Of a DNA stretch of 64,000 bases, positions 31,708 through 41,673 are shown piece after piece. The position numbers and the translations under genes are program-made. The notes under the pieces were generated by a model. That model searched no databases and had not been told where the DNA came from. It saw nothing but the letters and a program-made list of their open reading frames with translations. Position 1 is the first letter of the stretch. Every line of letters starts with the position of its first letter. Origin of the DNA: Candidatus Eiseniibacteriota bacterium (GTDB lineage: Bacteria > Eisenbacteria > RBG-16-71-46 > JABDJR01); the NCBI GenBank assembly GCA_963762255.1, contig CAVXKA010000002.1:1-64000 (forward strand), read 5' to 3'.

Positions 31708-32802
31708 ATGCACGTCCACTTCCTCGCCTCCACGCTGGTGCGCGGCGGGGCGGAGACCATGGCCGTCGCGCTTTCGGAGCGCCTGGCCCGCCGAGGCCAC
31801 GACGTGCGGTGGAGCCTCTTGCGCGCCCCCGGCGCGCTGGGTGAGGCGCTCGGCGCGCGTATGGATCTGCGGGCGCAGCTCGCCCCCGGACGCTACCCCT
31901 GGAACGCGGTGTGGGCGCTGCGCCGGCGCTTGGCCGGGGCGGACGCACTCTACGCGCTCGACCACCAGAACGCGGTGGTCTCCGCCGCGCTGGCGGGGTC
32001 GTCGGCTCGTGTGCGCAGGCGCGTCGTGGCGGTGCACACCACCGGCCGCTGGGGCGGTCGAGCGAGCCTTCCCTCCGGCTTTCGTCGAGCCCTGCGCGGC
32101 TATCACGCGGTCCTCGCCTTGAGCCCCGTACACGCGGACTATCTCGTTCGTGAAGAAGGCGTCCCCGAGAAGAAGATCCGCATCGTTCCGAACGGCATCG
32201 ATCCCGATCGCTTCGCCGCGCTCCCCGGCCGGGACGAGGCGCGCCGGCAGCTCGACCTGCCCGCCGACGCGGTGGTCATCGGATGCGTGGCCATGCTGCG
32301 GCCGGAAAAGAACCACGCGCTGTTGCTCGACGCGGCCGCCCCGCTCCGCGCGCGCTATCCCTCGCTCCATGTGGCGCTGGTTGGGGACGGCCCCGAGCGA
32401 GCCGCTCTCGAGGCACGCGCCGCGCGCGACGACTTGCGAGGTGCGGTGCGCTTCTTCGGCCTGCGCGAGAACGTCGCCGAGATGCTTCCCGCATTCGATC
32501 TGTTCGCGCTCCCCTCGCTCCCCGAGGTGGAGACGCAGCCGGTGTCGGTGCTCGAAGCGATGGCGGCCGGAGTCCCGGTGGTGGCCACGCGGGTGGGGGA
32601 CGTGGAGACGCTCCTCGACGGTGGACGCGCCGGCGTGCTCGTTCCTTCCGGAAACGTCGAGTCCCTGGCCGCGGCGCTGCAACGCGTGCTGGACGACGCG
32701 GCGCTGCGCGGTGACCTCGCCGCGCGCGGTCGTGAGATCGTGACCCGCTTCACCCTCGATCGCTCCGCCGACGCGCTTCTCGCGGTGCTGGAGGAGCGGT
32801 GA
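31708..32802 (+). CDS. GT4 glycosyltransferase
   Basis: GGAE, VPNGID, PEKNH, VGDGP, ETQPVSVLEAMAAGVPVV. Confidence 0.92.
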   Translation: MHVHFLASTLVRGGAETMAVALSERLARRGHDVRWSLLRAPGALGEALGARMDLRAQLAPGRYPWNAVWALRRRLAGADALYALDHQNAVVSAALAGSSARVRRRVVAVHTTGRWGGRASLPSGFRRALRGYHAVLALSPVHADYLVREEGVPEKKIRIVPNGIDPDRFAALPGRDEARRQLDLPADAVVIGCVAMLRPEKNHALLLDAAAPLRARYPSLHVALVGDGPERAALEARAARDDLRGAVRFFGLRENVAEMLPAFDLFALPSLPEVETQPVSVLEAMAAGVPVVATRVGDVETLLDGGRAGVLVPSGNVESLAAALQRVLDDAALRGDLAARGREIVTRFTLDRSADALLAVLEER

Positions 32803-34016
32803 TGCGGGTGCTCCAGGCCAACAAGTTCTTCTTCGCGAAGGGGGGCGCCGAGCGCTACTTCCTCGACCTCTTGGAGATGCTCCCCGCGCGCGGCCACCCG
32901 GTGGCGCCGTTCAGCATGCGACATCCCGCGAATCCGCCCTCTCCGTTCAGCGAGTACTTCGTGAGCGGGGTCGACTACGGCGAGAGCGGTGGGGGGGCGC
33001 GCGCGGTCGGCACGGCGCTGCGCACGATCTACAACCGCGAGACCGCCCGGCGCGTCCGGGCGCTGGTACGCGCGTTCCGTCCCGACGTGGCGCATCTGCA
33101 CAATGTGCACCACCAGCTCTCCGGCGCTCTCTTCGAGGCGCTGCACGCCGAGAAGGTGCCGATCGTGCAGACGCTGCACGATTTCCAGTGGGTCTGCCCG
33201 GTCTACACGTTTCTGAGCCACGGCGAGGTGTGCGAGCGCTGCGCGCACGGGCGCGTGTTCCCCGCGGTGAGCCGCCGCTGCCACGGCGGATCGCTCGCGC
33301 GCTCGGTGGTGGCCGCGCTCGAACTCAAGGTCGGAGAGCGGCGCGGATGGCTCGGCATGGTGTCGCGATTCCTCGCGCCAAGCGCGTTTTTGCGGACCAA
33401 GGTCGTAGAGCACGGGCTCCCCGCGGCAAAGGTCGCGACCCTGGGATACTGCCTGCGGCTCGACGCCTATCGCCCGGGAAGCAACCGCGGCGATCACGCG
33501 CTCTACGCCGGGCGCCTGTCGCACGAGAAGGGAGTGGCCACGCTCATCGAGGCGATGGCGCGCGTTCCGGGGCTCCGGCTGCGCGTGGCCGGCGGCGGCC
33601 CTCTCGCCGCAGACCTCGAGCGGCGCGCGGAGGCGGTCGCCCCCGGCCGCGTGCGATTCCTCGGCCACTTGGAGCCGGGGCGCCTGCGCGAAGAACTGGG
33701 CGCCGCCGCGTTCGCGGTCGTCCCCTCGGAGTGGTACGAGAACCAGCCCTTCGCGGTGCTGGAGCCGTTCGCGATGGCCACACCGGTGGTGGGTGCGGCG
33801 ATCGGCGGCATTCCCGAGTTGGTGAGCGACGGCGCGACGGGCGCGCTCTTCACGAGCGGCTCCGCCGACTCGCTCGCGGCGGCGCTGGTCGCCATGAGCG
33901 CGCGCTCCGACCGCGCTGCGCTGGGGGCCAACGCACGCCGCTTGGTGGAGGAGCGATTCGATCCCGATCGCCACCTGGACGCGCTGCTCGCGATTTACGC
34001 CGAGGTGGCGGCATGA
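32799..34016 (+). CDS. GT4 glycosyltransferase
   Basis: GGAERY, HLHNVHHQLS, TLHDF..CP with a Cys cluster, GRLSHEKG, PSEWYENQP. Confidence 0.92.
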   Translation: MMRVLQANKFFFAKGGAERYFLDLLEMLPARGHPVAPFSMRHPANPPSPFSEYFVSGVDYGESGGGARAVGTALRTIYNRETARRVRALVRAFRPDVAHLHNVHHQLSGALFEALHAEKVPIVQTLHDFQWVCPVYTFLSHGEVCERCAHGRVFPAVSRRCHGGSLARSVVAALELKVGERRGWLGMVSRFLAPSAFLRTKVVEHGLPAAKVATLGYCLRLDAYRPGSNRGDHALYAGRLSHEKGVATLIEAMARVPGLRLRVAGGGPLAADLERRAEAVAPGRVRFLGHLEPGRLREELGAAAFAVVPSEWYENQPFAVLEPFAMATPVVGAAIGGIPELVSDGATGALFTSGSADSLAAALVAMSARSDRAALGANARRLVEERFDPDRHLDALLAIYAEVAA

Positions 34017-35143
34017 GGATCGCCATGATCGGCCAGAAGGGACTGCCGGCGACCTACGGAGGAATAGAGCGCCACGTGGAGGAGATCGGCGCGCGGTTGG
34101 TGGAGCGCGGCCACGAGGTCCGCGTGTACACGCGCTCCTACTACTCGCCGGGGAAGGATTCCTATCGCGGGATGGAGCGCTGTCCGCGCCCCACCATCCG
34201 CACCAAGCATCTCGACACCGCCAGTCACGCTCTCTTCGCCACCCTCGACGTCCTGGTGCGTCCGGTGGATCTCGTGCACTACCACGCGCTCGGGCCGTCG
34301 GCCCTGGCCGGCGTGCCGAGGCTTCGCGGCATTCCCACCGTGGTCACCCTGCACGGCCTCGACTGGGAACGGGAGAAGTGGGGAGCGATGGCGTCCTACC
34401 TGCTCCAGCGCTGCGAGTACCCCGCGGTGCACTTCCCCAACCGCACGATTGCGGTGTCGAAGACGCTGCAGCGTTACTGCGAGGAGAAATATCTCATCCG
34501 TCCCGACTACATCCCCAACGGTGTGAACCCGGCGCAGGAGCAGCCGGCGGAGCATCTGGCCAAGTGGGATCTGTCGCCCAAGGACTACTTCCTGTTCGTG
34601 GGGCGGCTCACTCCGGAAAAGGGGGCGCACCTCCTGGTCGAGGCGTTCGCGCGCCTCAAGACGGGACGAAAGCTGGTGATCGCCGGCGGCTCCGCGTTCA
34701 CGGACACCTATGTGGAGGAACTCCACCGCGCCGCGTCGCCGAACACGCTGTTCACCGGCTATGTCCACGGCGCCGATCTCGAGGCGCTCCTCACCCACGC
34801 GTACGCGGTGGTGCTTCCCTCCACGATTGAGGGGCTCTCGATCGCGCTCCTGGAGGCACTCAGCTACGGTCGCTGCGTGCTGGTGAGCGACATTCCCGAA
34901 AATGTCGAGGTGGTCGAGGATGCGGTGCCGCGATTCCGCAGCCGCGACGTCGATTCCCTCGCCGGCGCGCTGGAGCGAATGGACCGGCATCCCGAGGAGA
35001 TCGCCGCCTCCGAGGCGGTGGTGCGGGAACGGCTGGCCCGCCGCTTCACCTGGGATGTGGTGGTGTCGGACCTCGAAGCGCTCTACCGCGAGGTGCTGGC
35101 GGGTAAGCGCGCGCAGCCGGTGGAGCCGCCGCCGCTGGATTGA
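34013..35143 (+). CDS. GT4 glycosyltransferase
   Basis: MIGQKGLPATYGGIERHVEE, HGLDWEREKW, GRLTPEKG, EGLSIALLEALSYG, SDIPEN. Confidence 0.93.
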   Translation: MRIAMIGQKGLPATYGGIERHVEEIGARLVERGHEVRVYTRSYYSPGKDSYRGMERCPRPTIRTKHLDTASHALFATLDVLVRPVDLVHYHALGPSALAGVPRLRGIPTVVTLHGLDWEREKWGAMASYLLQRCEYPAVHFPNRTIAVSKTLQRYCEEKYLIRPDYIPNGVNPAQEQPAEHLAKWDLSPKDYFLFVGRLTPEKGAHLLVEAFARLKTGRKLVIAGGSAFTDTYVEELHRAASPNTLFTGYVHGADLEALLTHAYAVVLPSTIEGLSIALLEALSYGRCVLVSDIPENVEVVEDAVPRFRSRDVDSLAGALERMDRHPEEIAASEAVVRERLARRFTWDVVVSDLEALYREVLAGKRAQPVEPPPLD

Positions 35144-35185
35144 CGGGCACGAGTTGTCGGCGTGACCATGCGAAGGGAGACCACC

Positions 35186-36400
35186 ATGCGTCCCACACGG
35201 AGCGACGTCGCCCTCCTCATCGGGCTCTTGATAGTCGCCGCCGAGGTGGGGGCTATCTGGACGCATCCCGGCAGCACGCAGTGGGACTTTCACATCTACT
35301 ATCACGCCGCGCGCGCGCATTCGGCCGGGGCGAATCCCTACGATCCCACCGTGCTGCAGGAGTTCTCGGGGGCGCCGCACACCCAGGGGTTCATCTACCC
35401 TCCGCCCGTCCTGCGTGCGTTCCAACCGATCACCGCGTTGGACTACGCTACCGCCGCCCGGCTGTGGCTCGTGTTCAAGCTGCTCGCGCTGTTCGCGCTT
35501 GCATCTGCATGGCGACGGCTCTTTCTGCCCCGGATCGATCGAGGCCTGTTCGTGCTGGTGGTCGTGCTGGGGTTCTCCGGCGCTGCTCTGTGGGACCTGC
35601 GATCCGGCAATGCCAACCTGTTCGAGCAGCTTCTCCTTTGGTCCGCCTTCGCAGCCTATCTGCGTCGTCGCTATCGCCTCTTCACCGCGGGCGTCGTGGC
35701 CGCGGCGGCGTTCAAACTCCTGCCGGCGGCGTTTCTCCTCCTCCTGTTCGCTCCCCGGGTTCCGCGCAGGGAACGATGGTACGCGGCGGCGGGGGCAGCG
35801 GCGCTGCTCGGGATCGTCCTGGTGCCTGCGGTCGCGCACCCGCGGGAGCTGGAGTGGTTCCTGAACGCGGTGCGCAGCAATCGTCCGTCAGGGGAGGTCA
35901 ACCCGAGCATCCTCGGACTTCTCGATGGGATGGCCGGATGGGTGAGCGGCGCACCGGATGTGCCGCACTTCTGGCCGGTGCCGGTATGGGCGGTGCTCAG
36001 CGCCGCAATCGCATGGATCAGTCGCGGGACCCTGCGGGACGCGGCGGGCAACCCCGATGGGAGGGTCCTGATCTTCACAAGCGTGATCGTCTACGCGCTC
36101 TGCGTCCCGAGATTCATGATCTACTCGGGGCTCCTCCTCATCGTCCCGCTGCTCGGCTTTGCGCGGGTGTTCATGGAGAGGTGGGGGGACGGGGCCTGGG
36201 GATGGTTCGCAATCGCGCTCGTGCTCTGTGCCCCCGGGTTGGGACGCGTGCCTCCGATGGAGATAGGGAGCCTGCTCTCCGCTTCGGCTCCGCTTGCGCT
36301 TACCCTGGGCATGTGGGTGATCCTGCGCCGGTTCGACCTGCGGGCACTCGATATCTCGCCCGCTGCCGGCCCGCTGACCCCCGCACCGCCACGATCCTGA
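35186..36400 (+). CDS. GT87/DUF2029-type GT-C membrane glycosyltransferase
   Basis: DFHIYYHAA, NPYD, FIYPP, GNAN, FKLLP. Multi-TM. Confidence 0.85.
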   Translation: MRPTRSDVALLIGLLIVAAEVGAIWTHPGSTQWDFHIYYHAARAHSAGANPYDPTVLQEFSGAPHTQGFIYPPPVLRAFQPITALDYATAARLWLVFKLLALFALASAWRRLFLPRIDRGLFVLVVVLGFSGAALWDLRSGNANLFEQLLLWSAFAAYLRRRYRLFTAGVVAAAAFKLLPAAFLLLLFAPRVPRRERWYAAAGAAALLGIVLVPAVAHPRELEWFLNAVRSNRPSGEVNPSILGLLDGMAGWVSGAPDVPHFWPVPVWAVLSAAIAWISRGTLRDAAGNPDGRVLIFTSVIVYALCVPRFMIYSGLLLIVPLLGFARVFMERWGDGAWGWFAIALVLCAPGLGRVPPMEIGSLLSASAPLALTLGMWVILRRFDLRALDISPAAGPLTPAPPRS

Positions 36401-36434
36401 CCGAGGGCGCGCGCCGCGCTGGCCGGGGCTCCGG

Positions 36435-36463
36435 TTGTGAGGAGCGCGAGCGCGTGCTATAAC
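36435..36463 (+). promoter_or_regulatory. sigma70 promoter upstream of manC
   Basis: TTGTGA-17 nt-TATAAC with an extended -10 TG, followed by an AAGGAGG RBS. Confidence 0.55.
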
Positions 36464-36488
36464 GGGCCGCCGGACGACAAGGAGGGTC

Positions 36489-37553
36489 ATGCGCCACGCC
36501 GTCATCCTCGCCGGTGGAAGCGGAGTTCGCTTCTGGCCGGTGAGCCGTAAGGACCGCCCCAAGCAGTTCCTCCCTCTCGGGGGCGGGCAGTCGCTCCTGC
36601 GCGACACGTTCGAACGGCTGGCCCCGCTCGTTCCCCCCGAACGCGTGTGGGTGGTGACAGCGAGCGAGCATGCCCGCAAGGTCGCGCGCGAGCTGCCCGA
36701 GATCGACCGACGCCGCATTCTCCGCGAACCCGTCGGCAGGAACACGGCGCCCGCGATTCATCTCGCCGCGCTGGCCGTACTCGGCGAGGATCCCGAGGCG
36801 ACGCTCCTCGTGGTGCCCGCCGACGCATGGGTTCCCAGGCCCGAGCCGTACCGTCGCGCGCTGCGGGCCGCGATGCGCGCCGCCGAGGGAGGGGACCGCC
36901 TGGTGCTGGTCGGGGTGAAGCCCACCCGCCCCGAGACCGGCTATGGATACATAGACCCCGGATCGAAGCTCGGGCGCGGGCCGGCGCGATCGGTGCGTCG
37001 ATTTGAAGAGAAACCGACCGCGGCCAAAGCCAAGAAGTTCGTCACGGGCGGCCGTCACCTCTGGAACTGCGGCATCTTCGCCGGACGCGCGCGCTCGTTC
37101 GTGAAGGCGGTGGACCGCCATCTCCCCGAACTGGCTTCGGCCTTTGCGCCGCTGCGATCGTCCCGTCGGACCGTGGCCGCGATCGCGACGGCCTATCGCC
37201 GAGCTCCCGCCGTGTCGGTGGACTACGGCATCCTCGAGCGGGCGGCCAACGTGGCGGTGGTGCCCGCGAGCTTCACGTGGGATGATCTGGGGTCATGGCG
37301 CGCGCTGGAGCGGCTCGGCCGCGGCGGCACCTACCTGCGCGGGCCGGTGGCGGTGCTGGACAGCCCCGGACTGATCGCATGGGCTGAGGGAGGTGTGGTG
37401 GCCGTGGTCGGCGTGAGCGACGTGGTCGTCGTTCACACCCCGGACGCGACGCTTGTGGTGGCCAAGGACCGCGCGCAGGACGTTCGCAAGATCGTCGAAG
37501 CGCTGCTGGCTTCGCCGCAGGGCCGGCAACTCGTGGAGGGGAGGAAACGGTGA
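36489..37553 (+). CDS. manC: mannose-1-phosphate guanylyltransferase (monofunctional, no PMI cupin)
   Basis: ILAGGSGVRFWPVSR..PKQFL, EPVGRNTAPAI, PETGYGYI, FEEKP, WNCGIF, SVDYGILE, WDDLGSW. Confidence 0.93.
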   Translation: MRHAVILAGGSGVRFWPVSRKDRPKQFLPLGGGQSLLRDTFERLAPLVPPERVWVVTASEHARKVARELPEIDRRRILREPVGRNTAPAIHLAALAVLGEDPEATLLVVPADAWVPRPEPYRRALRAAMRAAEGGDRLVLVGVKPTRPETGYGYIDPGSKLGRGPARSVRRFEEKPTAAKAKKFVTGGRHLWNCGIFAGRARSFVKAVDRHLPELASAFAPLRSSRRTVAAIATAYRRAPAVSVDYGILERAANVAVVPASFTWDDLGSWRALERLGRGGTYLRGPVAVLDSPGLIAWAEGGVVAVVGVSDVVVVHTPDATLVVAKDRAQDVRKIVEALLASPQGRQLVEGRKR

Positions 37554-38104
37554 TGGCGTCTCGCGGATGGCGCCGGCCCGTAATCGCCGCGGCCGGCATG
37601 GTTGCCGCACTCATCCTGGTTGTCGGTTGCGGCGGCGGGGGAGACAAACCTCCGAACATCGACGTGGCGGGAACGCCGTGGGAGGTGAGCGCGGAATCCC
37701 CGCTCGGCAGCGACGGAGTGAACCTCTCCGCCGATAGCCTCGGGGCGGCCACCGAGGACACTTCGACTTCCATGTCGAGCTTGCCCATCCGCGACCCCTC
37801 GGCGGCGATTCCGCCGGTCCTCCAGGAGACGATCCAGGTCCCCGATCCGAAGGACTTCACCGAGGGGTGGCGCGTGCAGCTTTCCGCCAACTCCACCCTG
37901 GCGGACGCCGACGGCCGCGCGCGGGGTGCGCGCACCAAGTTCACCGAGCCGGTCTACGTGGAGTACGAACCCCCCTTCTACAAGGTCCGGGTGGGGGACT
38001 TTCTGACCCGCCCCGAGGCCGAGTCGATGGCCACCCGGGCCCGTGCCGAGGGATACGAGGGCGCCTGGGTCGTGGAGACCCTCGTTCTCAGGCCGAAGCG
38101 ATGA
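37550..38104 (+). CDS. SPOR-domain lipoprotein
   Basis: Lipobox-like LVVGC. C-terminal GWRVQL...PFYKVRVGDF.TR.EAE...GYEGAWVV. Confidence 0.85.
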   Translation: MMASRGWRRPVIAAAGMVAALILVVGCGGGGDKPPNIDVAGTPWEVSAESPLGSDGVNLSADSLGAATEDTSTSMSSLPIRDPSAAIPPVLQETIQVPDPKDFTEGWRVQLSANSTLADADGRARGARTKFTEPVYVEYEPPFYKVRVGDFLTRPEAESMATRARAEGYEGAWVVETLVLRPKR

Positions 38105-38152
38105 AGAGGCTGCGGATGAACTCCAGGGCCGAACGGGTCGATACCTAAGGGT

Positions 38153-39151
38153 ATGCGCGAACTTCGCAAGGACCCGGTGGTGGGACGCTGGGTCATCATC
38201 TCGACCGACCGCGCCGACCGGCCCGTGGACGTCGGCTTGTCCGTTCCGCCGAAACGGGGAGGCGCTTGCCCGTTCTGCCCCGGCCGCGAAGGGGACACGC
38301 CGCCCGCGATTCTATCCATCGGCCGCAACGGCGCCGGCCCCGATGGGTGGAAGGTGCGCGTCATTCCCAACAAGTTTCCCGCCCTGCAGATCGAGGGCGA
38401 ACTCGATCGGCGCGGCGAGGGCATGTTCGACAAGATGAACGGGATCGGCGCGCATGAGGTCGTCATCGAGACCCCCGATCACAATGCTCAGTGGTGGGAC
38501 CTCGACGCGGAGCATCTCGTCGAGGTGCTACGCGCCTACCGCGCCCGCATGGTGGACCTCGCCCGCGATCCGCGCTTCAAGTACATCCTGGTGTTCAAGA
38601 ACCAGGGAGAGGCGGCGGGGGCCACTCTCGAGCATCCCCACACCCAGCTCATCGCTACCCCGATCATCCCCAAGTGGGTGAAAGAGGAGCTGACCGGCGC
38701 CCGCGACCACTACCGGTTGAAGGAGCGCTGCATCTACTGCGATATCATTCGGCAGGAGGTGGACGAGAACAGACGCCTGGTGCGGGCGACGGACCAATTC
38801 GTGGTCTTCGAGCCGTTCGCTCCGCGGTTTCCCTACGAGACGTGGATCCTCCCGCGGCGCCACGCCTCGTCGTTCGAGAACGGTCCCGAGGATATCCTGG
38901 CCGCGCTCGCGGAAGTGCTGCGCGACGTCTTCGTGCGCCTGCACGGAGTTCTCGGCACGCCGCCGTACAACATGGTGATTCACACCGCGCCGGCGGGCGA
39001 CCCCTTCCTGCTCCACTTCCACTGGCACATCGAGATCATGCCCAAGATCGTCCACGCCGCCGGCTTCGAGTGGGGCTCGGGATTTCACATCAACGTCGTC
39101 CCTCCCGAGGACGCCGCCGTGCGCCTGCGCGAGGCGGTCCCCGTCGTTTGA
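38153..39151 (+). CDS. galT: GalT-family hexose-1-phosphate nucleotidyltransferase
   Basis: ELRKDP, CPFCPG, PNKFPAL, GAHEVVIE, FKNQG..AGATLEHPHTQ, HWHIE, AGFEWG. Confidence 0.92.
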   Translation: MRELRKDPVVGRWVIISTDRADRPVDVGLSVPPKRGGACPFCPGREGDTPPAILSIGRNGAGPDGWKVRVIPNKFPALQIEGELDRRGEGMFDKMNGIGAHEVVIETPDHNAQWWDLDAEHLVEVLRAYRARMVDLARDPRFKYILVFKNQGEAAGATLEHPHTQLIATPIIPKWVKEELTGARDHYRLKERCIYCDIIRQEVDENRRLVRATDQFVVFEPFAPRFPYETWILPRRHASSFENGPEDILAALAEVLRDVFVRLHGVLGTPPYNMVIHTAPAGDPFLLHFHWHIEIMPKIVHAAGFEWGSGFHINVVPPEDAAVRLREAVPVV

Positions 39152-40656
39152 AGCCGGTGAAACCGCTCCGGGTCGTGATGGCGGCGATGGAAATGTCGCC
39201 CCTCGTCAAGATCGGGGGGCTGGGCGACGTCGTTCACTCCCTGTCCGAAGCGCTCATCGACCGGGGCCACGACGTCACCGTGATCCTGCCCGCGTACCGT
39301 CACGTACTCCGGGGGGTTTCGCTCGACGACGCACCCGGCAGGGAGATGGACTTCGCCTACGCCGGCGCGCGCCGCCGGCAGCGCTTCGCCCGTCTTCGCC
39401 TGCCAGGCTTGCGGGCCCGTCTCTTCCTGCTCGACGATCCCTCGTTCAGCCGCCGCGACGGTATCTACGTGGATCCCGAAACGCGGGAGGATTACGCGGA
39501 TGGCGCCGACCGATACGCGCTCTACGCTCGAGGGGCGCTCGAACTCCTGCTGCGTGTGGATCTGCGTCCCGACCTCCTGCACGTGCACGATTTTCAGACC
39601 GGGCTCATTCCCTCGATCCTGAAGCGCCATGCGCTCGGCACGCCCTTCTTCGACCGCACCGCCAGCGTGCTCACCATCCACAACCTCGGCTACCAGGGCA
39701 TCTACGATCCCTCCGTGCTGGATCGCATCGGCCTCGACGGAGAGGCGCGGCGACCCGGCGATGCGCTCGAGTTCTGGGGGAAGGTGAACTACCTCAAGGC
39801 GGCGATCGTGGACGCCGACTCGGTCACCACGGTGAGCCCGCGCTACGCGGAGGAAATCCGCAGCCGGCCGGAGTTCTCGGAAGGGCTTCAAGGCGTTCTG
39901 GCCGGCCGCGGGAATGGGTTGACCGGGATCCTGAACGGCATCGACACCGCGACCTGGGATCCCGAGCGCGACCCCTATCTGCCTGCGCGCTACGACCGCG
40001 ACCGCCTCGACGAGAAGGCGGTGAACAAGCGCGCGCTCCTGGCTCGGACGGGGCTCGCGTCTCCGGAGAGTCGCCCTGTCGTGGGGATGGTGACCCGGCT
40101 GGTGGAACAGAAGGGGATCGACCTCCTGATCGCGGGGGCGGAGCGGTTGCTCGAGGAGGATCTGGCGCTCGTCGTGCTGGGCTCCGGCCGCCGCGCCTAC
40201 GAGGACGCGCTCCGGCGACTGGCCGCGGCGCACCCCGGCCAGGTCTTCTACGGCGACGATTTCGACGATCCCCTGGCTCACCTGATCGAGGCCGGTGCCG
40301 ATATCTTTCTGATGCCGTCCCGCTACGAGCCGTGCGGGCTCAACCAGATGATGAGCCTCCGGTACGGCACGGTGCCGGTGGTGCACCGGGTGGGTGGCCT
40401 GGCCGATACCGTCCGCGCGATGGAGGACGACCCCGAGAAGGGAATCGGCTTCGTCTTCGACGCGTACACGCCGGAGGCGTTGGCGGCGGCGGTGTCGCGG
40501 GCAGTGGCGGCGCACCGCGACCCTCATCTCTGGCGGGCGATCCAGCGTCGCGGGATGGGGGAGGACTTCACCTGGAGTCGTTCGGCCGTGCGGTACGAAG
40601 CGGTCTACGCCGAGGCGATGGCCAAGGCGCGGGGCCGGGACGGACGGATACGATGA
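39148..40656 (+). CDS. glgA: glycogen synthase (GT5)
   Basis: KIGGLGDV, HVHDFQTG, TIHNLGYQG, TVSPRYAEEI, GILNGID, RLVEQKG, PSRYEPCGLNQM, GGLADTV. Confidence 0.95.
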   Translation: MKPVKPLRVVMAAMEMSPLVKIGGLGDVVHSLSEALIDRGHDVTVILPAYRHVLRGVSLDDAPGREMDFAYAGARRRQRFARLRLPGLRARLFLLDDPSFSRRDGIYVDPETREDYADGADRYALYARGALELLLRVDLRPDLLHVHDFQTGLIPSILKRHALGTPFFDRTASVLTIHNLGYQGIYDPSVLDRIGLDGEARRPGDALEFWGKVNYLKAAIVDADSVTTVSPRYAEEIRSRPEFSEGLQGVLAGRGNGLTGILNGIDTATWDPERDPYLPARYDRDRLDEKAVNKRALLARTGLASPESRPVVGMVTRLVEQKGIDLLIAGAERLLEEDLALVVLGSGRRAYEDALRRLAAAHPGQVFYGDDFDDPLAHLIEAGADIFLMPSRYEPCGLNQMMSLRYGTVPVVHRVGGLADTVRAMEDDPEKGIGFVFDAYTPEALAAAVSRAVAAHRDPHLWRAIQRRGMGEDFTWSRSAVRYEAVYAEAMAKARGRDGRIR

Positions 40657-40660
40657 GGCA

Positions 40661-40669
40661 TGCTATACT
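40661..40669 (+). promoter_or_regulatory. extended -10 element upstream of wza
   Basis: TGcTATACT located about 50 nt before the wza ATG. Confidence 0.45.
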
Positions 40670-40720
40670 GCCCCGCTTGTGCAGTGGGTCGCGAGGCATT
40701 CGGCACATGAGGCCCGTGTT

Positions 40721-41668
40721 ATGAAAAAAATCGTTTTAGCTCTGGTTTGTCTTGTCATGGCGCAGGGAACGCCCGGGTGGGCGCAGGATCGCGACACCGA
40801 GGCCTATACCCTCGGCCCGGAGGACGCGGTGCAGATCCAGGTCTGGCAGCGCGCGGACCTGAGCGGCGCGTTCACGCTGGACAGTCAGGGCAACGTGACC
40901 CTCCCTCTCCTGGGTGAGGTGCATGCCGAGGGAATGACGCCGGCCGACCTCGGCCGGGATCTCGCCCGCCGGTATGCGATTCTCGACTCCGGGGTCAGCG
41001 AGGTGCTGGTCAGCGTGGCGAAGTACAACAGCCGCTATCTGACCATCGTGGGCGAAGTACGAGGCCCGGGGCGCTACAGTTTCCAGACGATGCCGACGAT
41101 TTGGGATGCGATCCTCGCCGCGGGGGGATCATCCCCGCAGGCCGATCTGTCCGCGGTGGAGGTGGTCCGCCGTGAAGCGCAACCCGGGGAGACGAAGAGC
41201 GTCATCGTGGATCTCTCCAAGGGACTCGAGAAGACACCGGCGGCAACGCTTCCCGTCCTGCGCGCCGGCGACAGCGTGATCTTGCCCGCGATAACGCTCA
41301 ACGTGGTGACGGGCGACCAGGTGCAGGTGCTGGGCGCGGTGCGCACCCCCGGCCTGTACCCGCTTCGCGCGGCGGGTTCCATAGTGGCAGCCCTCAGCGT
41401 TTCGGGCGGGACCGTCGAGAACGCCAGGCTGGACGACGTGCGTTTGGCGCGCCGCACCGACGGCGGGGTGGTGGTGTATGGCCTTGATGTGCGCGGCTAT
41501 CTCTACGATGGCTATCCCGCTGCGGACATGGCCCTCCGGGCGGGCGACACCGTGACCGTTCCTTCGAGGCGGGGGGGCTTCAGTGGGGTGCTCCACACCG
41601 CGATGAATGTGGCGCCGCTTCTGAGCGCAGTCGTGAGCATCTGGCTCCTGGGCCGGAACATCAACTAG
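40721..41668 (+). CDS. wza: polysaccharide export protein (OPX/Wza-like, Poly_export + SLBB domains)
   Basis: Signal peptide, YTLGPED, GNVTLPLLGEV.AEGMT, GEVRGPG, GAVRTPG, LRAGD, C-terminal amphipathic helix. Confidence 0.9.
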   Translation: MKKIVLALVCLVMAQGTPGWAQDRDTEAYTLGPEDAVQIQVWQRADLSGAFTLDSQGNVTLPLLGEVHAEGMTPADLGRDLARRYAILDSGVSEVLVSVAKYNSRYLTIVGEVRGPGRYSFQTMPTIWDAILAAGGSSPQADLSAVEVVRREAQPGETKSVIVDLSKGLEKTPAATLPVLRAGDSVILPAITLNVVTGDQVQVLGAVRTPGLYPLRAAGSIVAALSVSGGTVENARLDDVRLARRTDGGVVVYGLDVRGYLYDGYPAADMALRAGDTVTVPSRRGGFSGVLHTAMNVAPLLSAVVSIWLLGRNIN

Positions 41669-41673
41669 CTTCC

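Noticed and set aside
38491-40656. 721-aa GlgA with an N-terminal extension
   Set aside because: The extension is an alternative frame of galT (Arg/Pro-rich, no motifs).
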